64,000 nt of DNA from the NCBI RefSeq assembly GCF_006345805.1, contig NC_043007.1, positions 6,448,001-6,512,000 on the forward strand, read 5' to 3'. The position numbers and the translations under genes are program-made. This DNA comes from Octopus sinensis (taxonomy: Eukaryota). The notes below the pieces were generated by a model, which was not told where the DNA came from, made no database searches, and saw only the letters and a program-made list of their open reading frames with translations. Shown piece by piece: positions 26,862 to 39,089 of the stretch (positions are counted from its first letter, which is position 1; every line of letters begins with the position of its first letter).

Positions 26862-27045
26862 TCAATTAACGTCACTACCAATGTGTTCAATGTAACGGAG
26901 TTTTGCAACTGTTAGGTGCAATAAGATGAATTTCATGCTTTTATTATCTAGTAACTCAAAGAACTCCTCCAGGAAATCATAGAAAGAACCATAGAATCTT
27001 CCATAATTCATGTCAAAATTTGAAACTGAGTTTGGAGAACGTAGT
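26862..27045 (-). CDS. Candidate terminal coding exon: (R)LRSPNSVSNFDMNYGRFYGSFYDFLEEFFELLDNKSMKFILLHLTVAKLRYIEHIGSDVN*
   Basis: Strong acceptor CTGTCTTCTCTGCCTGTTTGTAG| (intron ends 27046); only this frame stays open; AATAAA on the minus strand at 26813-26808. No homolog recognised. Confidence 0.3.
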
Positions 27046-27425
27046 CTACAAACAGGCAGAGAAGACAGTATAGGCAACTGTGAAATATTTCTCATTTCAT
27101 ACGACAACATTTAAAAATGTATAATGCCTTAGATACTATAATACTAGAGGATGTATTATATAAAACTTAAGACATAATAGCCAACCGGACAATGTAAAGC
27201 TTATATAGAAATTGACAAGGTTGTCATGGTTGGAACATCCTTGATCATAGATCATATGCCTGCTCGGTTAGGTCTGACGTCAGTGTTTACAATTATAAGA
27301 ATTAATGATACCAATGGACACCAGCAGAGCCAAATATATTGGATCCCCCACGCAATGACCAATCGATCTACATTCACTGGTGGCCGTCTCACCCATGTCA
27401 GCTACCGGTGGGCACTCAGCTAAGA

Positions 27426-28480
27426 CTAATTTGTGGCATTAGCTAAGACTAATTTGTGGCCAGTTCTGGCATTTGTGTAACTCTCGATGCCAAAGATGTA
27501 TATTATGGCATATCTTTCTCGCCTACGCTCTAAGGAATAGAGTCTCAATCTCTTGAGTCTTTCCCAATAGCTTATATGCTGCACAGAAGCTATCTTCTTC
27601 GTGTAGCTTCGTTGGATCGCCTCAAGTTCTGTGATTAACTTGACACTGGATGGTGACCATAGCTGAGAGCAATAGTCAAAGTGGCTTAGGACAAATGTCC
27701 TCCAGAGGACCATCATGGTTTCCTGGTCTCTTGTTCTAAAGATTCTAAGAATCCACCCGGTCAGCCGCCTACATTTCATTGCCAATTTAGCAACATGCAC
27801 ATGAAAGGTTGCATCATCACTCATGTAAATACCCAGGTCTCGCACTGATTGTGCCTCTGGGATTGCAATCCCTCCAGGTCCAGTGTATTTATTGGGTATT
27901 GCATTTAGTTTTGCATGCTGATAGCATAAAGCTTGAAACTTTTCAGCATTGAACTGCATGCTATTCTTTTCAGCCCACTTGTATATTTTGTCCAGCTCAC
28001 ATTGCAGGTGCTTAGTGTCTTCAGGGTTCTGTATTGCCTGTGAAACTTTTGTATTATCTGCATAACTTGTGATCGTGTCTCTCTGCGTGGCTGAGGGCAT
28101 GTCTGAGAGGGCCATTATGAACAGTAGTGGTCCCAAAACAGTGCCTTGCGGAACACCGCTCACTATTTGCGTCGCTACTACCACCTGACTTCTATCCTTC
28201 AGAAAGTCATGAAGCCTTTCTCCCAATTTTCCAACTATGCCAAGATCACACAGTTTGTGACATATCATTCCATGATCGATTTTATCAAAGGCCTTTGCAA
28301 AGTCGAGATATATGACTTCCACATTTGAGTGGTTGAGCAGTCGTTTCAGTACCCAGTCATAGTGTTGTAGGAGCTGAGTTAAGCAGTTTCTTCCTGGTCG
28401 GAAACCATGTTGGGTGTCAGGCAGCAAGTCATTTTCTTCAAAGAAGGTGATTAGTTTCCTTCTGAGGATTCGTTCCATGA
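27426..28480 (-). mobile_element. 5'-truncated CR1/L2-group LINE, 350-aa RT remnant
   Basis: QHGFRPGRNCLTQLL, IYLDFAKAFDKIDH, SGVPQGTVLGPLLF, YADN (catalytic YADD mutated), LERRRERY; small internal deletion before SGVPQG. Confidence 0.92.
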
Positions 28481-28482
28481 CC

Positions 28483-28483
<1 letters not shown>

Positions 28484-28528
<45 letters not shown>

Positions 28529-28565
28529 CATAATAATAATAATAATGATGATGATGATGATGATA
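28484..28565. repeat. (AAT)n/(GAT)n microsatellite abutting the LINE 5' truncation
   Basis: Direct reading. Confidence 0.95.
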
Positions 28566-29014
28566 ATACAACATTATCAGCAACTACTGCTACTATTCTA
28601 TTACCATGAGAGTTGATGTTGCTGCTGTTACTCCTACTGCTACAATGACACAATCCTAAATGCGTTTGTATGTTCCTGTTTTATGCGTCTGTGAATTATG
28701 TTTCATTGCGCTACAACTGGAATCCGGAGAAATGCTTTAATCCAATTGGGAAGAGCAAAAGAAACGTAAGAGAGGAAAATATTTGCCTCTTGAAATTTGA
28801 AAGTAATGATTGCAACAATTGTTTTGCAATTCGTGTTCCTTCAGCTAGTTCCTGATTTTATGGAGTCAACCATTTGCTATTAGGGTTTCAGAGTACAAAG
28901 GAAGAAATATTTACCAGTGAATGACATTCATACATGAAGTTTTCATGCGTTTTTTTTTCTGTTTTCATTTTCTTATATTAATGCGGCGTTTCGAAACACC
29001 TCAACTCAAATAGT

Positions 29015-29364
29015 AATATTCCAAATATTTCGTCTGTCTTTATGTTCTGAGTTCAAATTCCGCCGAGGTCATCTTTGCCTTTCATCCTTTCGCCATCGAT
29101 TAAATAAGTACCAGTTATGCACTTGGTCGATGTAATCGACATACTCCCTTTGTCTATCCTATGTTTATCCCCTTGTGGGCAATAAATATTCCAAATATTT
29201 CGTCGGTCTTTACGTTCTGAGTTCAAATTCCGCCGAGATCGACTTTACCTTTCATCGTTTCTGAGTCGATAGATTAAGTACCAGTTCCTTACTGGGTTCG
29301 ATCTAACTGACTGACTCCTTCCCCCAAAATTTCGGGCCTTGTGCCCGGAGTAGAATAGAGTATT
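29015..29364 (+). mobile_element. Two head-to-tail 5'-truncated tRNA-SINEs with different tails
   Basis: Both begin AATATTCCAAATATTTCGTC (29015 and 29185) then B box GAGTTCAAATTCC; tail 1 resembles the 14399 copy, tail 2 resembles the 29403 copy. Confidence 0.85.
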
Positions 29365-29402
29365 GCCTAGCAGAAATTTATTTTAAATATAATTTTGTCT
29401 CA

Positions 29403-29621
29403 TTATTCTTTTCTACTCTAAGCACGAGGCCCGAAATTTTTGGGGAGGGACCAGTCGATTAGATCGACCCCAGTACGCAAATGGTACTTAATTTATCGAC
29501 CGCGAAAGGATGATAAGCAAAGTCGACCTCGGCGGAATTTGAACTCAGAACGTAAGGAAAGACGAAATACCGCTCAGCATTTCGCCCGGCATGCTAACGT
29601 TTCTACCAGCTCGTCGCCTTA
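29403..29621 (-). mobile_element. Full-length tRNA-derived SINE, inverted relative to 29185-29364
   Basis: Minus strand TAAGGCGACGAGCTGGTAGAAACGTTAG...GAGTTCAAATTCCGCCGAGGTCGAC. Confidence 0.9.
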
Positions 29622-30240
29622 CTGAAATCAAATATTATTCCAGATTCTGAAAAAAATTTCTTAATATTCTTCATGGCGTTATATTTTGTTTTACCTTATA
29701 CGTCTTCAAGACAAAACACACTCATACACGGGCTCGCGCGCACGCACGCACACACACGCACACACACATGTATATTGGTTAACGTCGAACGAATTAGAAA
29801 GGTGTGCTCAATTTATGTTGTAGAGTATATAGTGTTTGTTTTTTTATTCGAAACGAAGCTGAGAGTTCTCGTCGCGACTCAGGCTTCTATGATATTTAGG
29901 AGTACTATGATATTTAGGCGATATTCCATTTTTTAAAAAAATGTACGCAGTCTTGTGTGTGTGAGAGAGTGAATAGAAAATTGAGATTATATACTATGGC
30001 TGTTTCCACGATTCGAGAATATGCATCAAGCATTTAATTATTTCTTAATTAATATATAATTAGTTTATTTTAATAGGATTATTTAGTTAGTTTCATTGGA
30101 AACAAATTTGAAAAATGACAAAACAACGTTGCTGCTTTACCTATGACAAATATATATACACATACATACGGGTAACCATGTTCTATGTATCTATACGTAT
30201 TTATATATATGCATATTTGTTTGTGTGTGTGTATTCAGCC

Positions 30241-30689
<449 letters not shown>

Positions 30690-30693
30690 TATT

Positions 30694-30910
30694 TGTCTGG
30701 GGAGAGTCATTTTCTTTTTGTGCCGGTAAAATTTCCACTTATTTCTTATTTTTATTTTCCTAAAATTTTCGTTGTGTCTTTCGACCTTATCAATAGTCTG
30801 CAAGATGCAACGAAAATTTTAGGAAAATAAAAATTAAGAATTAAGTGGAAATTTTACCGGTGAGTGTGTTAAATGATAAGGTACAAAAAGAAAATGACTC
30901 TCCCCAGACA
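30694..30910. mobile_element. Fold-back of a (TA)n-flanked repeat: 87/109-bp inverted arms, 21-nt loop
   Basis: TGTCTGGGGAGAGTCATTTTCTTTTTG...CGTTGTGTCTT versus AAGATGCAACG...CAAAAAGAAAATGACTCTCCCCAGACA; the right arm has a ~20-bp extra segment; a single copy of the family is at 59775-59900. Confidence 0.9.
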
Positions 30911-30949
30911 CAACAGAATATGCTTCAACACACGAAATTACATAAAGAA

Positions 30950-31300
30950 TCTTGCAAACCAAACCTAATGCTGGAGCACCACCTTAAAGGGGATTTAGTC
31001 GAAGAAATCGACTCCAAAATGTACTCCTTGCAAGCCTAGTACCTGTTCTATAGGTGTCCTTTGCCGAATCGCAACTCACGCCAACATCACTTGCCAAGCA
31101 GTGTTGTATGTGTGTGTATGTGTACACACACACATTTGTATACGACGGGCTTCTTTCAGTTTCCTTCTACGAAATCCACTCACATGGCTTTGATTGAACT
31201 GAGACTATAGTAGAACATACTTACCCAAGGTGCCACGCAGTAGGATTGACCCAGGAACCCTGTGGTTGAGAAGCAAGCTTGTTACCACAAATGCCCCTAC
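30950..31300 (-). mobile_element. Decayed octopus-type SINE
   Basis: CGACGGGCTTCTTTCAGTTTCC...GCCACGCAGTAGGATTGACCCAGGAACC homologous to the 41170 copy. Confidence 0.7.
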
Positions 31301-31322
31301 GTGTGTGTGAATGTGTGTGTGC

Positions 31323-31362
<40 letters not shown>

Positions 31363-33399
31363 CCCTCCTTAAGTTCCAGACATGGTAAGTAGCTCACGTA
31401 TGAATCCAAGACTCGTTAAATGCCATTTTCTTTCTATTGAATTGAATGATGGTTTTGCTGATCCTATTAATAAACGAACAATCTATGCTACGTATATTCG
31501 TGGAGTGTATACATTTATGAAGAATCTATCGTTATAATCTCATAATTCATTATGAATTACAGCTTCAATGTGTGCAAAGAATTTCGAGATAATCTGCAAC
31601 CAGGAGAGACGTGAACGAGATATTCCCTCTATGGCCTTATTGCACATTAATAAATCATGCTTAGCATTTTCCGTTTGATGGACAGTAAAGGAAAACCTCT
31701 CCGTTGAATGAAATGTAGCATATTTGTATTTCAATTAACTCCAGATTACTGCGATGAGCAAAAACTGTTAATTATCAGGAGTAATTTATGCTTTCGCTTT
31801 AAAATTTCCATTATACAAATTGTAAAATGATATATTATAACAATGGTGTCGAACAGGGAGTTGTGACAGGGTGAGGTTGTGGTGAGAGAAGGTGCTGTGC
31901 TAAGAGAAGTGAAGTTGAGCCAGGTAGAAAGAATGAACAGGTAGAAAGAAGTGGTGATACTTGGGAGAGGGGTGTGGCGGTTTATTGATGGGGAAACTAA
32001 GGGCTGAGAGGATTTAATAATTCCACCAACTCATAGCATTCAGGCCAATACAAAGTCAATTCGATCGTTTGAATAACCAGTGCTATAATATTGCATATTA
32101 ATGCACACAAGCTTATATGATTGTACGTAGCGGCGGACTGGAGTCAAATTTCACACTTGTGTATCGAACAATGGTCGAAATCTGAATAGATGCAACACAA
32201 AGGATGCCATGGTGAGAAGAAACATTGGGATGTTTCATCTCATCATGAGATATTGAGATGAAACATTGGAAACCAATCCGAAACCATTCCGATGTTGATA
32301 AACGGTATAGGGAAAAACGACCAAGGATTACATGTTCGCACCTGTGAAGAACAAAGAAATGGCTTTGTGTAGTTTGTAGAGAAAACGGTAATCGTGTCTA
32401 CACGAAGAACTAACAAACAAGTCGAATATGTACTGGGAAAGAAATGATAAATGGGAGAAATAAAATAAGACCCTTGAAAGAGTCCCAGAATGAAATCTTA
32501 AACACGTAAGCGACTTTCTTTGGAATCAAAGTCTTCCACTGTTAAAAGTAGAAGAAATAGAAAATATCGATCGTTCCCTGTAGAATGTTAATTGTAACCT
32601 CAATTGTGACTGAACGGCTTTTAATGTCCTCCGTCTCTCACATCTCTTCGTCAACAGTTTTTCTAAAAAATGGCAAAGTAAAGCAGATCGTTTATATAGT
32701 TCCTGCATGTTTTAAATGGCCATCTAGTTTTATCCCAAGTTTCTGTGCATTGATAAATTCCAATTCTAGAACAAAATAAATTTAAATTTCTCTACATCTA
32801 CTTGCAAAACAAATAAGAAAAACAAACAAGAATATAGAAGCATACTAAAATAAGTATTTAAGAAAAATATCTCTCTCAGCTGTTCTCTCCCTTGAAATTT
32901 CTCCTCATCCGTTTTATTTCTTAGCAAACCCTATTTCTCTCTGCCTCTGAAACTAAAAATAACCTGCAGATGGCAGCTGCGGCGGTCACCAAATTTCAAA
33001 GGTGTATATGTAGCATTATTATTCTATACTGGTTGTTACTGTATAGTCATAAGCTGGACCTGAGTGAGTTAAACTACGTCACTCATATGATGGTGGTTGT
33101 GACTTTGAATTCCTTAATACATTGAGGCGTTAGCACATCTCTCGTTACACCTTCTAACAATACATTTAGGAAAAAGAAGTCTGAGATAAACATTCTGTGA
33201 CGAAGGTGCTAGGAATTTTGGAAATCTATGATATAAACTTTGCTCAAAATATATTGTGTTTAAAGCTTCAGGCAGCCATCATTATAACTATTTGTAAAAT
33301 TTTACATCTTATTGCGTGTCAAATTACATTCTGGTGCATTCCAGAAACTTTGAGACATTTTCAGAAGAGACATTTACAAATTTAGAAGAAATATATAGA

Positions 33400-34215
33400 A
33401 CACTTAATATCTTTCAAAGTAGAATTCTCTAAATTCAATGCCTTTGTTATTGCGCCCCAGCCTCTTCATGAAGTCTCCATGGTAGTCTTCCAAAGTGAAG
33501 GTGTCCAGAATACTTGTCAGAGCCATCTTCATATTATCAATGCCTTCAAAACGACTGTATTTGAGGTCCTTCAGCTTGGGGAGCAAACAAATGTTAGAGA
33601 GAGAGAGAGAGAGAGGGAGAGAGGGAGAGAGGGAGAGAGAGAGCAAGTTCTGGACTATGTGGAGGGTGAGGGACCATTTTGATGACCGTCTCGGAAACGA
33701 ATTTAGTTGTCAGGATAGAATTGTGGACTGGAGCAGTGTCCTAGGGGACGTGGCTCAGATAGAAATTGACAAATCCCGGCCTTTGGAAGCAGAATCGCTT
33801 CCTGAATTCTCTCAAATGCTCTCTAAAGTACTCTTTGTTGACCGTCTGGCTAGATGGCACCCAGTGGATGAAGGTGATTCCGTTGCTCTAGAAAAAGGGG
33901 ACATCATGAATTAGCCGGTGGATTCGCTTTATTTATCCTTCTTGGTTCTGAAGCAGTCAGGATGCTTCCATTGAAGCTCTGTTACTTTGCCTCTGGATGA
34001 TAACACTAGACCAAGCTTTCATCAGAGGTTACCAGAGACTCACGCACTCTAGGTTGGGAGGTAATGAGCGCGACCATTTCCCTGGGAACGAACTTTGTAT
34101 ACATTCTGAGCATGTTCAGATCTTCATAAATCATTCTGAGCCCTCTTGTCACAGCAACTCCGAACTGTAGTATGTTTATTGTCTTGTAGACAGACGATGG
34201 TCTTCATCCACGAAA
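33400..34215 (-). mobile_element. Decayed mariner transposase (catalytic domain; irritans-like wording) split by a (GA)n tract
   Basis: VTSDES (first D), GITFIHWVPSSQTVNKEYF, DTAPVHNSILTT...VPHPPHSPELA (YSPDLAP motif), then (CT)n, then LLPKLK...RFEGIDNMK...YFERY*. Confidence 0.88.
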
Positions 34216-34237
34216 CTGCAAATTTTCTTAACCTACG

Positions 34238-34276
<39 letters not shown>

Positions 34277-35380
34277 TATTTATTTCTTTCCTTCTTTCTT
34301 TCTTTCTTTCTTTCTTTCTTTCATCATAACTCTCAACGTCTCTCACCTTTTCTCTCCCGGTTGAACTTCTTGTGCCAGCGAAAAGCTGTTTCTCGGATCA
34401 TACAATTTAATCCCTATCCCATCTGGGGCATTTCATAATCGTAACAAAAGAATATTGCATAGCAAGCTTCGAAATTGTCTCCAAGTCCCATCTGCATTCT
34501 CCAAATTAGTCAACTGTGATAAGCTGTATTGTTAGGATGATGTGTTCAAACTGCTCTTGCAACCGACCCCTTCAGTCTTGAATAAAATTTTGGTAGATCA
34601 GTTATTAAATATCTAGGAACAATTCACTAAATTTACAATAATCGCTCCTAAAGTAGTGATCGCCATATATATAGTGGTGAAATGAGGTTGATTGAGAGAG
34701 AAGAAAAGAGAAGTATAGATATAGACGTTTATATGTATGTGTGTGTGCATGTGTGGACAGAGTTGTTCTTGAAGTGGGCACATGTCCAAAGACATTTCTC
34801 TTTTGACCATCATGTTCATTTGAATATCTGTGACTACACGAATATATTTCACCATATATAAGACGGTAAGCTGCGAATTCCGAGAGAGGTTTCTACCTTT
34901 TCTAGTAGGTCGAACGAACACCTTATTGCATATATTTGAAATTCATGGCACAACGGTAGGACAAGTAACAAGGTTATTCGATTCCTCATTACATGAAACG
35001 TGATCTAGACTCTTATTGTTAACATGGACAGTTAAATGTCTGTCAAAGCGAAAATAACCCTTCTACTATTACAAATTATCAACTAGTTATAATAATTATT
35101 ATAACAATAGATTTAGTTGAAAACCTTTGCTTGTTAGTCAAAACTTTTAATATAATTGAGCTCAATTGAGTTAGTGTTTCCACATTAACTATTTGTCAGG
35201 CAAAATACAGTTCATTGTATAATGACAGTTTCGCATACACAGTGTTTCTATACATAAAATATTTATATCTGATAATTATTCTAACCAAGTCATACACTGT
35301 TCCGAATTCGTACATGAATGTTATTTATAAATTATGAATTCACGCTGTAATATTGGACAAAGGAAACATGGCGTACTCAC

Positions 35381-35434
35381 CAAGCGTTCACACAACCATT
35401 GTCCTTCCGTGTTTGCATTTATGTAAATTGGCAT
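35381..35434 (-). CDS. Candidate first coding exon MPIYINANTEGQWLCERL|
   Basis: Canonical donor TTG|GTGAGT at 35380, phase 0; ATG preceded by an in-frame TGA; no homology recognised. Confidence 0.15.
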
Positions 35435-35572
35435 TCATTGCTTGCGATATTTGTAAATGCTCACGCTTCAAACTTCCAGTTAACTTCGCACTATTAAATC
35501 ATCGAGAAATACACACCATATAAATCGATGTCCATGTAACAAATAAATATGTGCTGTGGTATATATGTAGCA

Positions 35573-35606
<34 letters not shown>

Positions 35607-35653
35607 CACATACATATATATACACACATATATATATACACATATATAAATAA

Positions 35654-35685
<32 letters not shown>

Positions 35686-36026
35686 ATGCGTATTATTATA
35701 TACATATGATGAATATGTATATATATATGATGTACATATAAATGTACATATACATGTACACAAATTCGTGCACACATGCACACACACACATATATATGTC
35801 TATGTATTTTCATATATGTATACATATATGTATACAAATCTATATATGTTTCTATATGTACACACACACAGACGCACATACATTGATATATCAACACAAA
35901 TTCACACAAACGTCTATGTCTATATTTATACTCACATACATATATGCATCTATATGTTTCCATTTACATATATATATATGTGTGTGTGTGTACGTATACA
36001 TTATACATATTAATGCATATGCGCAC

Positions 36027-36078
<52 letters not shown>

Positions 36079-36127
36079 ATATGTATATACATATATACGT
36101 GTGTGTGTATGTATGCATGGATGTATG

Positions 36128-36206
36128 GATAGATAGATAGGTTGATAGATAAATAAATAGATAAGTAGACAGATAAATAGATAGGTACATAAGTAGATAG
36201 ACAGAC

Positions 36207-36239
<33 letters not shown>

Positions 36240-36248
36240 TATATATAG

Positions 36249-36283
<35 letters not shown>

Positions 36284-36293
36284 ATATATAGAC

Positions 36294-36364
<71 letters not shown>

Positions 36365-36365
36365 G
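36128..36365. repeat. (GATA)n/(TA)n microsatellite
   Basis: Direct reading. Confidence 0.95.
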
Positions 36366-38324
36366 ACTGGCATTGTGCTGCGGGGAAATTGAGTAAGAAG
36401 ATTGCTGTTCTCAGATAATATGTAAAGTATCTTTTGTTCACCATCGTTCTAACTTCTTTTGCGATGATTACACTTTATCGACATTTCAGAATCGTATCTT
36501 TTATTAACAGTTTCATGCAGTAGCAACTTCTCTTCGTTTTCGCCGAAAAATATAGTTATTATCATACTTTTGTTCGTGATTGTGAAAGTTTGTCCGTTTG
36601 AAAACTTGACAAATGACTCTGGTGCTGACATTTTAAATTGAAATCTAAATCTGTTTCTGATGTTACTTTTAGCCTTTCTCGCAAAGAACCAAACACTTTG
36701 ACTTTGTTGCGCAGCCTTTCACACAGATTCTATTTCAATTGTTTTCCCCTAAAATTGAAACTGCGAGCAATTTGTTTTGCTTATTTGAATCGGGTCGTGA
36801 TGCCATCTTAAACTAACACTGCAAGTGTAATTCACAAAAAAAAAAAAATGGAAATGCTTCTAAGGCTGTAATTCTCTTTTTCCATATCAAACTATAAAGG
36901 CTGAGAAGAGCTGAAACCTTTTGCAGTTCATATTGCGATCACAATGTCTACGTTCGAAACCATTGCGCTGCCATTTCATGAAAGACTAATTTCTCGTCTC
37001 TTTGAAGTCGTCGCATACAGTAGGGGTTAAATGATGTAAATGGAAAAATTGTAGAGAAGCCAGTTGAATGAATTATACTTGCATTTCAAGAGTCCGGGGG
37101 TAATGTTTATGTGTTAATCCTCTAAGTCCCTCAACTTGGCGGTTAAACCAAAGAAAATAGTGTGAGAAAAATAAGCCTTCCCGATGTTGCGTTCGACGAA
37201 ACGCTTGAAAAGCATGCTTCAGCATGTTTGAACAACACCACAATCAGGAATATTGTTAAAGAATAAAACAAATTTCCACAAATAGCTCTATGCATACGTA
37301 CATGTTTATATACATATGTATCAATAGGATGTGTTATAATAATATTCCACATATACAAAAAAAACAACAACAGCCATACCAACAACTCAACGCACCGCTA
37401 TTAGCTTCCACGGATCACATTATGGTTGTGACGTCTGGGCAGGTACAGTCAATCCGGCCGTATCAACGGCACTAAAATAAGTTTTGTTTAGGAAAAAACA
37501 TTCCAAAGAAATCACAATTTTCAAGCACATTTACCTATATACAACAGTATCAGTAAATAACTTCAATAAGTAAGTCTATAACCAACTCCTAAATACGTAA
37601 CTAAACAGCGATCAATTCATTAAGTCATACAAAAATTATATTCCGTACCGTCTTCCATAGTATAATATAAAAGTGAAAGCTTAATAACCACATTCATTCA
37701 ATCAAATCAAATTATAGGCAGGATTAAATACTAACTAGAAAATTAAACTACATCAAAACACATAAACCAATGTACATCGTATCGGCATTATTAGTAAACA
37801 TGCAGTAACTAAATTATAAGCTAAATCGCGACCGATCTCTAATAATAATCCCACCAGTTTCCATATTTACTAATACAATAAAAAAAGTGAAAGTTTTATA
37901 TAATTCTCTCCAAAATAAAACAAACACGATTGAATTTAATTTAGTGAATAATATAATAATTATGAATGAACTGCATTATTTCATAATTCAAAAGTTAATA
38001 ATAAAACACTACAAACTCATTAATATATATTACACTTACAACCGTTAATGTTAAATTACCAGTAACTAATGGAGATATTAAAGTTTCTAAAATAGGAACT
38101 AATAAAAGTATCCTTCTAATTAACTCTTATTATAAAACCATGCTACGATTAAAGCTAAATTAAAACTGTTTAGAAGATATTAAAACTACAAGCATTAACA
38201 CGTTTTTTCAGACGCTCGGTTCCATCACTTAAAACATACAGGTATGTATGTATGTATGTATGTATGTATGTATGTATGTATGTATGTATGTATGTATGTA
38301 TTATATATGTGTGACTTTATATAT

Positions 38325-38556
38325 ATATATTTTTTTTCAATATGTGACCTCGTGAGTACCGCTGGCGATTTTTTTCCTCTGTCTTCTCTTCTCGGGATCT
38401 TTCCTTCTCCTATGTTTCCGACGAAGAGCTCCGCTCGAAACATTAAACCCTCCTTCTTCCCTTCTTTCCTGAGCGTCCAATAATACTTTATTTGTTCCAC
38501 GTCCTCGCGTTGTTGTGTTTTTTTTGTGTTTTTTTTGCGTTTTCTTGTTTGAATTA

Positions 38557-38560
<4 letters not shown>
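38325..38560 (+). mobile_element. (TA)n/(TATG)n-flanked mini-element (family B) carrying a hammerhead-like motif
   Basis: Unique island between microsatellites; motif at 38414-38448. Confidence 0.5.
38414..38448 (+). ncRNA. Minimal type-I hammerhead-like motif (family B), decayed
   Basis: GUUU-CCGACGA-A-GAGC(UCC)GCUC-GAAA-CA-UU-AAAC: helix I GUUU/AAAC, helix II GAGC/GCUC; U4C variant; CA may be CG after CpG decay. Confidence 0.4.
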
Positions 38561-38629
<69 letters not shown>

Positions 38630-39089
38630 CATCAGGAATATATATATATATATTCATCTAACGAACAGGAACGTGAAATTCTAAGCAACAGTTTTGTAAA
38701 ATTTTGCAGCCAAATAAAAGTACAGACACAGACACACACGTATATTTCTCTCCTTCACCGTTTTCTCTCTGTCTCTCTCTCCCTCTTTCTCCTTTACTCT
38801 CTCTCATTACTCATACGTGACCATGGGCCATCTTTCTTTTTCTCACGTGATCATCTTTCTTTCTTTCAGGGCTTAATAAAGGCTGGACTATCCTTTCTAT
38901 CCCCCTCTTCTATTTTTTCTCTTGCCAAACAAAATATTCCTCCAGCGTTCGCTATTTTACGCTTGTTCTGGTCTAACGACCCTCCATGAATCCCAAATTT
39001 AATTTTGGCATTTGTGGGAGCAACTGCTTTCGAGGACTCATAGTCACGTTCAGTGCTCAAAAGGGCGAGTAGATAGGCGACCGATAACT

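Noticed and set aside
38040-38100. Resemblance to the mitochondrial cytb 5' end
   Set aside because: Similarity is limited to a short AT-rich stretch recalled from memory, and no diagnostic mitochondrial motif follows; kept only as an open question
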